NCBI GenBank assembly: GCA_965224245.1
Contig: OZ245046.1
Span: 6,336,001-6,400,000 of the forward strand
Direction: 5' to 3'
DNA length: 64,000 nt
Source: Candidatus Eiseniibacteriota bacterium
GTDB lineage: Bacteria; Eisenbacteria; RBG-16-71-46; CAZAMP01
The position numbers and the translations under genes were made by a program. The notes beneath the pieces were generated by a model that had not been told where the DNA came from, ran no database searches, and worked only from the letters and a program-made list of their open reading frames with translations. Shown here piece after piece: positions 54,487-64,000 of this stretch. Position 1 is the stretch's first letter, and each line of letters opens with the position of its first letter.

Positions 54487-55830
54487 ATGACATCGCGCCG
54501 GGCGGGAACGCTCATCGGGATCACGATCGCGCTGTCGATCGCGGGGCTTGCCGGCCTGTACACCCGCGGCGGCGATCAGCCCGAGGCGACGCCCGTCCCC
54601 GGATCCGCGGCTCCTCCCAGGCACGGCAAGGCCACCGAGGTGAAGCAGAAGGCATCACCGAGCAAGTCACCCGAGGGGGCGCTGCCGGCGCTGCTCGTCT
54701 CCCAGGCCCAGTTCGAGACCGGCCCCGACGGCAAACCCGCGGCCGGGCCCGCGAAGCTCGTGATCTGGCGCACCGACGGAGCGGACTGGTACGAGGAGGT
54801 CATCGAGGACGAGGGCTCCAACGTGTTCCACAAGGCGATCGGCTGGCGCGGCGGCATCCTCACGATCGCCGGAGCGCAATTCGGTCACGACCCGCCGTTG
54901 CCGGCGCAGCTGCGTGTCTGGAAGCCTTCGCAGGGCGGTTGGAAGCCCACGACCCTGTGGGAGCAGCGGTGGGAGGGCAAGTTCCAGCGGCTGCGCGATC
55001 TCGAGATCGGCGACGTCGATGGCGACGGCAAGGAGGACATCGTCCTCGCCACCCACGACATGGGCGTGGTGGCGGTCGGCACCGAGAACGCGGACGGAAC
55101 CTGGACCTTCGTCGAGCTCGACGAGACGCCGGACACCTTCGTACACGAGATCGAGATCGGCGATGTGGACGGCGACGGACGGAACGAGTTCTACGCCACG
55201 CCCTCCGAGCGGAACCAGTCCAGCGGCGAGTCCCAGCCAGGCAAGGTAGTGCGTTACGACATGAAGGGCGGCCTGTGGGCCCGCAGCGACGTGGTGACCT
55301 GGGATGTGTCGCACGCCAAGGAGATTCTGGTCACTGACCTGGATGGCGATGGCCGCGACGAGCTGTACGTCGTCCGGGAGGGGCACGTCACCAGCTCGGG
55401 CGCCGGCGCGACGGAGCTCAGGGATCCCGTGCGTATCGCGCGCATGGACCCCGTCGATGGCGCCTGGGAGTCAACCGGCATCACCCAGCTCCAGGACCAT
55501 CTGTGCCGATTCCTGGTCCCGGGCGACGTCGACGGCGACGGGCGCACCGACCTGGTTGCGGCGGGTTACAAGAGCGGGCTGTGGCTCCTGCGCCAGCAGC
55601 CCGACGGGACCTTCGAGAACCTGCTCATCGACGAGGACTCCGGCGGCTTCGAGCACGCGACCCACCTCGCGGACCTGAACGACGACGGCGAGCTCGAGAT
55701 CTACGTCGCCGCCGACGACCAGCGCGAGCTGCGGTGCCACACCTGGAACGGACACGGGTTCGACGAGGTGAAGATCGCGGCGATTCCGCCCGGCCACATC
55801 ACCTGGAACATCCAGGACGCGAAGCTGTAG
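54487..55830 (+). CDS. FG-GAP/VCBS repeat protein with N-terminal membrane anchor
   Basis: RBS CAGGAGG; five D[VL][DN][GD]DG..[DE] Ca-binding loops. Confidence 0.85.
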   Translation: MTSRRAGTLIGITIALSIAGLAGLYTRGGDQPEATPVPGSAAPPRHGKATEVKQKASPSKSPEGALPALLVSQAQFETGPDGKPAAGPAKLVIWRTDGADWYEEVIEDEGSNVFHKAIGWRGGILTIAGAQFGHDPPLPAQLRVWKPSQGGWKPTTLWEQRWEGKFQRLRDLEIGDVDGDGKEDIVLATHDMGVVAVGTENADGTWTFVELDETPDTFVHEIEIGDVDGDGRNEFYATPSERNQSSGESQPGKVVRYDMKGGLWARSDVVTWDVSHAKEILVTDLDGDGRDELYVVREGHVTSSGAGATELRDPVRIARMDPVDGAWESTGITQLQDHLCRFLVPGDVDGDGRTDLVAAGYKSGLWLLRQQPDGTFENLLIDEDSGGFEHATHLADLNDDGELEIYVAADDQRELRCHTWNGHGFDEVKIAAIPPGHITWNIQDAKL

Positions 55831-56068
55831 GCCGTCAGTCCGTAGGGGAAGCGCTATGTGGCGGAGACGCCGGTAGGCCACTGCGGCTGGTGGCTGCCAC
55901 CGCGTCTCCGGCGAGCCTCGGCGCTCCGAGTCCAAAGCGGGGACGCAACCAGGCAAGAGCCTGTGTGTGGAAACCCCTGATTGCCGGAAGCCGCCATCAC
56001 CGCGACGATGGACGGCGGCGGTGCACCCCAAACGTCCCCCACGAGACGACTGGCCGAGGAGGTGTCTC

Positions 56069-56668
56069 ATGCATGCACGTCGATGGATCCGGACCCTTTC
56101 GATGATCGCCGTCACGGCATCGATCACCTGGGCAACTTCTGCCGCCGAGGGGATCGGGATCCGTGGAGGCCTGGGTACCGACATCGAAGGTGGTCTCGCC
56201 CTCGGAGCCGGCGTGAACTACCTCGTGGCGGCCGGGAAGGGATCGGCGGAGCTCGGCGTGCTGCTGTTCGGTGGGAGCTTCGAGGAGACAACCGAGGAGT
56301 TCCACACCTACGAGGAGACCACGGACCTGTTCGTGTTCGGACTCCTCGCGACCTACCTGCACAACCACGAGCCGAACCGTACCGCCCCGTACGTGCTCGC
56401 AGGGTTCGGGCTCGGTGCGATCAACGTGGAGTGGGAGGAGCGCAGTGACACCGACTCGTCACTGGGAACACCACTGCCGGGCGGCGGGAGCAAGCAGGCG
56501 GAGGACGGCTCCGCAGGCGGAACCGTGTTCACCGTGGGTGGCGGGATGGCATTCGAGAGCGGCGTCGACGTGCGTGCAGAGCTCCCGATCATCGTGACGT
56601 TCTCGGCTCCCGGTGAGGCATCGTCGGTGATCCCCACGTTCATCGCGACGGTCGGGTTTCGCTTCTAG
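56069..56668 (+). CDS. Small outer-membrane beta-barrel protein
   Basis: RBS GAGGAGG; signal peptide; amphipathic strands, PYVLAGFG; C-terminal VGFRF beta-signal. Confidence 0.8.
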   Translation: MHARRWIRTLSMIAVTASITWATSAAEGIGIRGGLGTDIEGGLALGAGVNYLVAAGKGSAELGVLLFGGSFEETTEEFHTYEETTDLFVFGLLATYLHNHEPNRTAPYVLAGFGLGAINVEWEERSDTDSSLGTPLPGGGSKQAEDGSAGGTVFTVGGGMAFESGVDVRAELPIIVTFSAPGEASSVIPTFIATVGFRF

Positions 56669-56917
56669 CTGCGCTCGCGGAAGTCATCGCGTCCTCGAGA
56701 GCGACGTCGCCCGTCGTGAGCGGAGCGGTGGGTTGCTGACCAGGAGACGACGTGAAGGCGCCGTTCATGGACTCGGTCGAGCTCGTTCCTGCGAGTTAGT
56801 GAAATCACTACGCATTCACCTCGTTCGGTTTCTACCTACTGCCAAGCCGGTATTCACCAACGATAATTGTGGAGCAGTCGTACAGAAGCAACGGTGGTCC
56901 GTCCGAGGGGAGTCGTC

Positions 56918-59086
56918 ATGGGAGCATCGAGATGGATGAGTGCCGTCCTGTGGGTGGCAGTGTGCGTCACCGCCTCGCACGGGGAGACCGGCTACAGCGA
57001 GAACATGGCGCTCGTGGGGAGATGGGGGCGCGGACCGTGCGGGGACGGAGATGTGAACGGAACCGTCGCATACTTCGGCGACGGGGCTTACCTCAGGATC
57101 TACGACTTCGCGGATCCCGCATCGCCGGTGCTCCTGGGAAGCCATCTTGCACCGGGCCCGATCCAGGGCATCGACGTCGAGGGCGGTTACGCCTACCTCG
57201 CCGACTGGCAAGACGGATTGCGTATCGTGGATGTCTCGAATCCCGCCACGCCTTCGGAGATCGGGTATCTCGATACACCGGGAGACGCGAGGGGCGTCGC
57301 CGTCGTCGGGACGCTTGCATACCTGGCTGACGGCCTGAGCGGACTTCACATCATCGATGTCTCCAATCCGGCCGCTCCGTCCGAACGCAGCGTATTCGAC
57401 ACCGCTGGGCAGGCCTACGATGTTGCGATCAGCGGCTCCTACGCCTACGTGGCCGACACCTCCGGCGGCCTACGGATCCTCGACGTGTCCAACCCCGACG
57501 CCCCTACCGAGGAGGGCTCCCTCGCAACGGATGACACGACCTACGACGTGGTCGTCAGTGGCGCCTATGCCTACGTCGCCGACCGATTCGGTGGCCTTCG
57601 TGTCGTCGACGTGTCCATGCCCGCAGCGCCGGCGGAGGTCGGTTCTCTGTACACGGGGTACGCCATCTCGGTCGAGATGGGTGGCGGCTTCGTCTACACG
57701 TCCGGCCAGGTCTTTCTCGACGTGGTCGACGTCGGTGATCCGACCAGTCCGACGACGGTGGGGTCGTACGATCCCACCGGTCTTCCGCTTCACGGAAAGA
57801 TCGTCTACGACGCGGGCGTTGCATACGTGGCGGACGTCCGGGCGGGCTTTCGGGCGATCGACGTCGCCGTTCCGACGGAACCGACGGATGTGGGTCACGT
57901 CGACGGTCTGGACATCACGTACGGTGCCGATGCACAGGAGGGGTACGTCTACGTCGCGAACTACGTCGGCGGACTTCGTGTGCTGGACGTTTCCGATCCG
58001 TCTGCACCCGAGGAAGTGGGTTCCTACCGGCCGGGGTTCGACGTGAGGGATGTCCGGGTGGTCGGTGACTACGCCTACCTGGCGTGTGCGGCCCGTGGGC
58101 TGCGCATCGTGGACGTGTCGACTCCGACCACGCCCACCGAGGTCGGGGCAGAAGACCTTCCCACGTCAGCAGACGCCATCGACGTGTCCGGCGGTTACGC
58201 ATATGTGACGGGTCAGCGCAGCTCGGGCGAGGAGCTCTACGTCCTCGACGTGAGCAATCCCGCGGCGCCGATCAGAGCCGACTCCCTGGACCTGCCGGGG
58301 ACCACCCCGCGCGACGTGGTGGTTCATGGCACCCACGCGTACGTTGCGAGCTTCGGGGAGGGGCTCCGCATCGTCGATGTCTCCAACCCGGCATCGATCG
58401 CCGAAGTCGGCGCCGAGACTTCACGTATCGCGATCGGAGTCGCGATCCAGGGTGACTACGCGTACGTGGGCGCCGGTGGCAACACGATGAGCATCATCGA
58501 TGTGTCCAATCCAGCGGCACCGGTCGAGGTCGGCACCGCAGGCATGCTCGGGGCCGCCTGGGGAACGGCGGTGAGTGGCGACTACGCGTATGTGGCGAAC
58601 GAGGAGTACGGCGTTCGCGTGTTCGACGTGACGGATGTAACCAGCCCGGTCGAGGTGGGCAGGTATGACACCGGGGACGAGGCGCGTTGGCTCGTCATGC
58701 TGGGAGACCTCGTCGTCGCAGTCGACTGGCAGGACGGTATCTGGATTCTCGAGATGGATCCGATCGCCGCGGTCGATGGTGACGTGCCAGTACCTGGCTT
58801 CGTGCTGTACCCGTGCGCACCCAATCCGTTCACCTCGTCGACCACGATCACGTACGCACTCGGAACACCGTCCACTGTGACGCTGCGCATCTACGACGCA
58901 AGAGGACGTCTGGTTCGTGTGCTACGAGACGGCGCCACGGATGGTTCGGGTCCACACTCGGTCACGTGGGATGGTGTCGATCGCCGGGGAGTGCCGGTGG
59001 CGCCCGGCGTCTACTTCTATCACCTGGAGGCCGGCTCGTTCACGGAGACGAGGAGCATGGAGCTGCTGAGGTCGACGCCAGAATAG
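56918..59086 (+). CDS. LVIVD-repeat protein (about 14 repeats) with FlgD-Ig CTD
   Basis: Repeats of V.V.G.YAYVAD...GLRIVDVSNP..P; CTD APNPFT...IYDARGRLVR...WDG...VAPGVYF. Confidence 0.9.
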   Translation: MGASRWMSAVLWVAVCVTASHGETGYSENMALVGRWGRGPCGDGDVNGTVAYFGDGAYLRIYDFADPASPVLLGSHLAPGPIQGIDVEGGYAYLADWQDGLRIVDVSNPATPSEIGYLDTPGDARGVAVVGTLAYLADGLSGLHIIDVSNPAAPSERSVFDTAGQAYDVAISGSYAYVADTSGGLRILDVSNPDAPTEEGSLATDDTTYDVVVSGAYAYVADRFGGLRVVDVSMPAAPAEVGSLYTGYAISVEMGGGFVYTSGQVFLDVVDVGDPTSPTTVGSYDPTGLPLHGKIVYDAGVAYVADVRAGFRAIDVAVPTEPTDVGHVDGLDITYGADAQEGYVYVANYVGGLRVLDVSDPSAPEEVGSYRPGFDVRDVRVVGDYAYLACAARGLRIVDVSTPTTPTEVGAEDLPTSADAIDVSGGYAYVTGQRSSGEELYVLDVSNPAAPIRADSLDLPGTTPRDVVVHGTHAYVASFGEGLRIVDVSNPASIAEVGAETSRIAIGVAIQGDYAYVGAGGNTMSIIDVSNPAAPVEVGTAGMLGAAWGTAVSGDYAYVANEEYGVRVFDVTDVTSPVEVGRYDTGDEARWLVMLGDLVVAVDWQDGIWILEMDPIAAVDGDVPVPGFVLYPCAPNPFTSSTTITYALGTPSTVTLRIYDARGRLVRVLRDGATDGSGPHSVTWDGVDRRGVPVAPGVYFYHLEAGSFTETRSMELLRSTPE

Positions 59087-59138
59087 CGACGTCGTCGTCC
59101 TGTTTGGCTACAGAGTGCCGGCCGGAGCAGGTGCCTGT

Positions 59139-59161
59139 CCGTCCGTGCCGAAAACCTCGAC
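59139..59161 (-). repeat. Copy of dispersed intergenic 23-bp motif
   Basis: Minus strand GTCGAG GTTTTCGG CACGGA CGG. Confidence 0.5.
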
Positions 59162-59175
59162 GAAAGGTGCGGACG

Positions 59176-61992
59176 ATGCGGAGCTCCAGCAGTCGGTCGT
59201 GGGCGTCCCTGCTCCTGGCGGGAATCGCGGTTGGTCCGGTCCTCTCCGCCTGGCTCGTTCCATCGCGCGCGGCGTCACCCGCCACACGATCGGAATCCTC
59301 GTCCAGCAGCGTCGTGCCTCTCGTGGCACAGACCGCGCGCGTACCGGTCCCCGACACGCTGTGGTTCGGCGGGAAAGACGCGACGACGGGCCTGCCGCTC
59401 GAGGGCGGGACCTGGACGTTCGATGACGGCACGATGCAGGGGTGGTCGTCGGCGGAGTCGTTCAATCCTCGACCGTACTTTCGTCACGTCACCGCTGACT
59501 CCGCGTCGACTCACGCGGACCCCGTGGATCCGACGATCACGGCCGCCGGATCGGTGGGGTCCATGTGGTGTGGCGTGCATGCGGACGAGGCACTGGACAT
59601 GTGCTGGCCAGGAGGCCAGGGGTATGGCAACTACTGGTCGCAGGCGCTGCGCAAGACGTTCACGTTCTTGTTCTTCCCGTCGAGCATCTCCATCTCGCTG
59701 GATTACTTCGTCGATCTCGAGTGCATGTTCGACTTCGGGTACGTCTTCGCCTACCACGAACCCACGGGATACCGATCCGGACCTTACAATCCATCTCCGG
59801 GCAGCCAACCTTGCTTCGACCTCCAAAACCGCGGCTACTCGGGCTCCGTGCCGGAAGGCCTCGCGCTGGGCAGTCCCGCGTCGCCGATGTCGGCGAGCAT
59901 GACCATTCTGGACTGGCCGTTCGCGGACGAGATCACGATCGAGATCGTCGCCGTCACCGATCCGATCTACTCGGACGCACTCGACGAGCTCGGGATCTAC
60001 CTGGATACGTCCTACGGCGCGTTCGGCGTGGACAACGTCGACGTCGAGGGTGGCGGGATCGACGACCTGTCCGACTTCGAGCCCACGGAGATTCCGGGAG
60101 AAGAGTACGATGGATGGACGCCGGCCGTGATCGCTCCCGGCCCGCTGGCTGCGGTGTCGCACCTCTCGGGGCTGGATCCCGTTCCCGATCCTGCTGGATG
60201 TGAGCTCTCCGAGTATGTCTTGCATGTCTCCGCGACCGGCGGATCCTCTCCCGCACACCCCCGTTGGCAGGCGGAGTCCGTGATCTCAAATGCGATCGCC
60301 GTGAGCGACGTCGCGGACGTCGAGGGCGTGGTCGTCGAGTTCGACGGCTTTCTGGAGGGTCACACGGAGTCGGGGGTCGGCTATCTCGTCCGCACCCAGT
60401 ACTACCCGTGGACGTGCCCGGAGAACGGAACCGTCGGCTGGACACCCATCGGGGTCGGTCCCCTGGTCCTGGAGACCGCCGAGGGTTGCTCGAGGCACAT
60501 CGTCGACAGCTCGGCGTTTCTTCCCCCTGACGGTGTCGATTCAGTTCGTGTGGAGCTGCTCGTCATCGGAGAGTGTGGCTGGATGGGTTACGGCACGCCC
60601 TGCGGTCCGGAAGGTTCGAACGACTCTCCCTACATCGACAACGTACGGCTCGGCCTTCTGATCCCCGGTTCGCCCGAAGCAGATCTCGAGATCTTCGTGG
60701 GGCTCGCCGGGCTCCCCGGATTCGAAGGGGAGACGATCACGTACGTACTCAGGGTGCGCAACCTCGGTCCTGACGCCGCGACCGGCGTCCGGGTGTCCGA
60801 CCCGCTCCCATCGTCTCTCACGTTTCTCGAAGCGTTCCCGGACCAGGGGACGTACGACTCCACGACCGGTGACTGGGACGTCGGAGACGTGGACGTCGGC
60901 GCATCGTTCGAGATGAAGCTCCAGGCCACGGTGAACCCCGGCACGGCCGGCACCACCATCGACAACACCGCCGTGATCGTGGCGTCGGATCAGGCGGATC
61001 CGCGGTCGATCAACGACTCCATGACGAGCTCGTTCGTTGTGTTGCACTCCGCCCCGGTCGACGCTCTGTACGGCGCCGCGGTGTCGGGCGATCTCGTACG
61101 CATCGACCCGGTCACCGGAGAGGGATCGCTCGTGGCGACGTACGATGCCACCTGGACCGCGCTCGCCGTCAGTCCTCTCGGTGGGCTGATCGCAACCCAG
61201 GACTACGACGTGGAGACGTGCTGGCTGGATGCCGAGGTGCCGCAGCGGACGTGCGTTCCGAACCCTTCGCTCTTCGATGCGATGGACTACTCACCCGACG
61301 GCACGCTGTACGGGCTTTGGTTTGGGATCTTCGTGACGTACGACTTCCCCACAGACGTGGTGCACTACGTCACGCAGATCGTGGACCCCGTGCTCACCGG
61401 CTTCGCCTTCGATCCTCTGGATGGCCGCGTCTGGGCATGCTCGGACGACTACATCTACACGGTGGATCTGGACGCGGGGACCGTCGACCCCGTCGGCCCC
61501 GCATTTCGTCTGGGTCTGCACGATCTGGAGTTCGATTCCCTGGGTAAGCTCGTCGCGATCGGAGGTTTCCCTTTCGAGAGTGCGTATCTGGTCGACGTGG
61601 ACAAGGAAACCGGAAGGACGATGAACGCTCGTACCGTGTGGACCGATCAGATCCGGGACATCGCCAGGCTCGATGCGCCACTCCTCCACGCGGGGGGCAC
61701 GAACTCGACACCCGCGGGCGCCTTCCTCGGGCACGCTCGTCCGAACCCGTTCCGATCCAGGACCCGGATCTCGTTCCTGCTCCCGGTGCGCGCACGCGTT
61801 GCCGTGGACGTGTTCGATGTCTCGGGGCGATTCGTTCGATCGTTGACCCACGAGGAGTGGCCGGCCGGCGCCCACGAAATCGAGCTCTCGGCCGCGGACG
61901 CGCGCCGGGACAGGCTGCCGCCGGGCGTGTATTTCGTTCGCCTCGAGGCGGGGTCGATCGAGGCCACCCGACGAGTGATCGTGACCCCGTAG
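59176..61992 (+). CDS. Large secreted protein with DUF11 domain, beta-propeller and T9SS-type CTD
   Basis: RBS AAAGG; signal peptide; ADL...ITY.L.V.N.GPD.ATGV.V.D.LP; CTD RPNPFR...FDVSGRFVR...LPPGVYFV. Confidence 0.8.
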   Translation: MRSSSSRSWASLLLAGIAVGPVLSAWLVPSRAASPATRSESSSSSVVPLVAQTARVPVPDTLWFGGKDATTGLPLEGGTWTFDDGTMQGWSSAESFNPRPYFRHVTADSASTHADPVDPTITAAGSVGSMWCGVHADEALDMCWPGGQGYGNYWSQALRKTFTFLFFPSSISISLDYFVDLECMFDFGYVFAYHEPTGYRSGPYNPSPGSQPCFDLQNRGYSGSVPEGLALGSPASPMSASMTILDWPFADEITIEIVAVTDPIYSDALDELGIYLDTSYGAFGVDNVDVEGGGIDDLSDFEPTEIPGEEYDGWTPAVIAPGPLAAVSHLSGLDPVPDPAGCELSEYVLHVSATGGSSPAHPRWQAESVISNAIAVSDVADVEGVVVEFDGFLEGHTESGVGYLVRTQYYPWTCPENGTVGWTPIGVGPLVLETAEGCSRHIVDSSAFLPPDGVDSVRVELLVIGECGWMGYGTPCGPEGSNDSPYIDNVRLGLLIPGSPEADLEIFVGLAGLPGFEGETITYVLRVRNLGPDAATGVRVSDPLPSSLTFLEAFPDQGTYDSTTGDWDVGDVDVGASFEMKLQATVNPGTAGTTIDNTAVIVASDQADPRSINDSMTSSFVVLHSAPVDALYGAAVSGDLVRIDPVTGEGSLVATYDATWTALAVSPLGGLIATQDYDVETCWLDAEVPQRTCVPNPSLFDAMDYSPDGTLYGLWFGIFVTYDFPTDVVHYVTQIVDPVLTGFAFDPLDGRVWACSDDYIYTVDLDAGTVDPVGPAFRLGLHDLEFDSLGKLVAIGGFPFESAYLVDVDKETGRTMNARTVWTDQIRDIARLDAPLLHAGGTNSTPAGAFLGHARPNPFRSRTRISFLLPVRARVAVDVFDVSGRFVRSLTHEEWPAGAHEIELSAADARRDRLPPGVYFVRLEAGSIEATRRVIVTP

Positions 61993-62115
61993 GGCGACGG
62001 GGCAAACCAGCCGCAAGCCGGAACTCCGAGCTGCTACACTTCGCCCCCGAGCGACTCGAGAGTCTCCAACGCCACACGCGCAATGTGCGGCGCTCCCGCT
62101 ACCGAAGGCCGCCCG

Positions 62116-63345
62116 ATGACCGATCTGCTGTTTCCTGTGCTGGCGGCGCTCGGCGCGATGCAGGCCGACTCACTGCTCTTGCCGTACGTCGAGACGCTCG
62201 AGCGTGAAGGTCGCCCTCCGCACGAGTTCGTGATCGCTCTGCTCGACGACGTGGACCTGATCGTCTTCGACGACGCGTGGCACCCGGCCCGGGAGCCGTT
62301 CGACCTCTATCGGGAGCTCGTCGTGTCTCCCTCGTTCCGGAGCCGAGCCACGCACGTCTTCCTCGAGGTGGTGCCCATCAACAAGCAGCAGCACCTCGAT
62401 GCCTACTTCGCCACCGAGCCGGAAGACGCCACCCTGCTGTATCCGGCGTTTCAGGACGACTTCAGCGGAACCGGCTGGCCCCTGGTCAGCTACCTGGATC
62501 TTCTCCACGCGATCTATGTGACGAACCGATCGAGTGGCACCGAGCGGCCACTCTCGGTCATGGCGGTCAACGCGGCCACGTACTGGTCGGAGATTGTGAC
62601 GGCGCGAGACGTCGAGCTCTTTCGGGCGACGCTCGCTGGAAACGATTACACGATGTACCGGACGATACTATCGACGCTCGACGGCTTCGACGGCGTCGCG
62701 AAAGGGATCTTTCTGACCAACACGCGACACGCGTACAAAGGCATCCGCGACCGCGAGGGCCGTCTGTTCTGGAACGCCGGGACGTTCCTGCACCAGCGTC
62801 ACCCCGGGCGGACCTACTCCATTCGTTTCCACAACCTCGCGCTGTCCATTGCCGAGGAAAGGCGCGATGAGGGCACGGTCGAGACGACCGCCGGTCTGGA
62901 GCGGTATCACTACTCGTGGGTTCGCATGGCGAACGGACTCTGGGACACGGCGTTCGAAGCGGTGGGGAACGCCCCGATCGCCGTCCCGCTCGAGGGCAAC
63001 GTCTTCGGACGCGAGGCGTACGTCGGAAACCACATGCACCGCGCCGCGGCGGACCAGACGATGTATGACGCATACGATGCGATCATCTTTCTCGCCCCGC
63101 TGGAAGCGTTACACAACTCGGCCAGGACTGACGCCATATACACACCGGCGTTCAAGGCGGAGCTGGCGAGGCGCTACCGGATTCTCTACACACCCGAGCA
63201 GCTGCACGCACGACTGGAGCAGGCCGGAGCCGAGACGCTCGACGAGCTGATCCGGAAGGACTGTGCGGCGTCACCGGAGGAGCTGATACCGCAAGCGAAG
63301 GACCTACCGCCGAAGGACGCCTGGAAACGCCAGGATTCGCGCTGA
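62116..63345 (+). CDS. Hypothetical protein (weak resemblance to EreA/ChaN-like fold)
   Basis: Long ORF with typical codon usage; LIVFDDAWH, VFLEV, TNTRHA, YDAIIFL. Confidence 0.65.
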   Translation: MTDLLFPVLAALGAMQADSLLLPYVETLEREGRPPHEFVIALLDDVDLIVFDDAWHPAREPFDLYRELVVSPSFRSRATHVFLEVVPINKQQHLDAYFATEPEDATLLYPAFQDDFSGTGWPLVSYLDLLHAIYVTNRSSGTERPLSVMAVNAATYWSEIVTARDVELFRATLAGNDYTMYRTILSTLDGFDGVAKGIFLTNTRHAYKGIRDREGRLFWNAGTFLHQRHPGRTYSIRFHNLALSIAEERRDEGTVETTAGLERYHYSWVRMANGLWDTAFEAVGNAPIAVPLEGNVFGREAYVGNHMHRAAADQTMYDAYDAIIFLAPLEALHNSARTDAIYTPAFKAELARRYRILYTPEQLHARLEQAGAETLDELIRKDCAASPEELIPQAKDLPPKDAWKRQDSR

Positions 63346-63392
63346 GGTTGCCTGTATCGTGCCGCGGCGTTGCCGCCTACGAGGAGGTCGAG

Positions 63393-64000
63393 ATGAAGCA
63401 GTCGATCCTGGTGTCCGCGCTCTGTGTGGCCGTGCTGGTTGCTCCGTCGGAGCAAGCACGTGGTGAGTCGGGTGAGGGTAGTGCGGAGTGGTCGATCGAA
63501 GCCTCGTACCTGGACGCATGCTGCTGTGCGCCCTCATGCCCCTGCCTGTTCGGATCTGCGCCGACGCTCGGTTACTGTGAAGGGGTCACACTGATCGACA
63601 TCGACGAGGCCCACTTTGGCGGCGTCGGTCTCGACGGAGTGAAGGTCCTGGCTGTCTATCGTGGAGGCACGTGGATCAAGTTCTATGTCGACGATACCGC
63701 AACCGCGGAGCAGACGGAGGCGGTGGTCGAGTTTCTGCCGACCTTCGAGGGCTTCTTCGCCGTCGAGAATGTCGTCGAGGTCGAGAACGTTCCGATTTCC
63801 GTCGAGAGAACGGAACGCACGATCAAGGTCTCGACCCCGAACACGACCGCCCACATCGAGATGATGGTGGGCAAGAACGGCGAGGCGATCAAGATCGCCA
63901 ATCTTCCCGGGCCCACCTTTCCCGCGCCACCGTACATCGATCACACGCAGTACAAGACCATTCTCCTGCAGCACACGAGCGACGATCAGTCCTACGAGTA
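63393..64000 (+). CDS. DUF1326 family Cys-rich protein, runs off the window end (absent from the ORF track)
   Basis: RBS GAGGAGG; manual translation MKQSILV...WSIEASYLDACCCAPSCPCLFGSAPTLGYCEG...LDG...YVDDTATAEQ; no stop codon before 64000. Confidence 0.8.
   Translation, partial: MKQSILVSALCVAVLVAPSEQARGESGEGSAEWSIEASYLDACCCAPSCPCLFGSAPTLGYCEGVTLIDIDEAHFGGVGLDGVKVLAVYRGGTWIKFYVDDTATAEQTEAVVEFLPTFEGFFAVENVVEVENVPISVERTERTIKVSTPNTTAHIEMMVGKNGEAIKIANLPGPTFPAPPYIDHTQYKTILLQHTSDDQSYE

Noticed and set aside
7158-59161. Classical integron attC sites
   Set aside because: No RYYYAAC...GTTRRRY inverted-repeat pairs or tyrosine integrase were seen; the junction motif is a different, non-palindromic sequence.
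63534-63974. Minus-strand 146-aa ORF
   Set aside because: It is the shadow of the plus-strand DUF1326 gene that runs off the window.

Overview
High-GC bacterial DNA (about two-thirds G+C by eye, not computed) with no rRNA, tRNA, CRISPR or core housekeeping genes. It reads as an accessory 'secretome' region. At least 11 large signal-peptide proteins end in a FlgD-Ig/T9SS-type C-terminal domain (CTD): two gingipain-like C25 peptidases, a CLCA-like metalloprotease-vWA protein, a papain/C39-like peptidase, and beta-helix, LVIVD, PQQ and triple beta-propeller proteins. Three small secreted proteins instead end in a short shared [TS]WGx[LV][KR] tail. Regulators are three Hanks-type Ser/Thr kinases, a kinase-associated (TIGR02999-type) ECF sigma factor and a second ECF/zinc anti-sigma pair. 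These protein families suggest an FCB-related candidate lineage such as Eisenbacteria, Krumholzibacteriota or Latescibacterota (inference). The strongest unexplained signals are: (1) a degenerate 23-bp motif (RTTYYYGG-N6-CRR) recurring at gene junctions together with decayed integrase-core transposase ends and gene fragments, which hints at cassette-like gene shuffling; (2) the short WG tail as a candidate alternative sorting signal; (3) a small 'GFW'-CTD protein paired with a fibre-like protein; (4) a stand-alone clan-CD (C80-like) peptidase. All family assignments come from motif recognition by eye, not from database searches.
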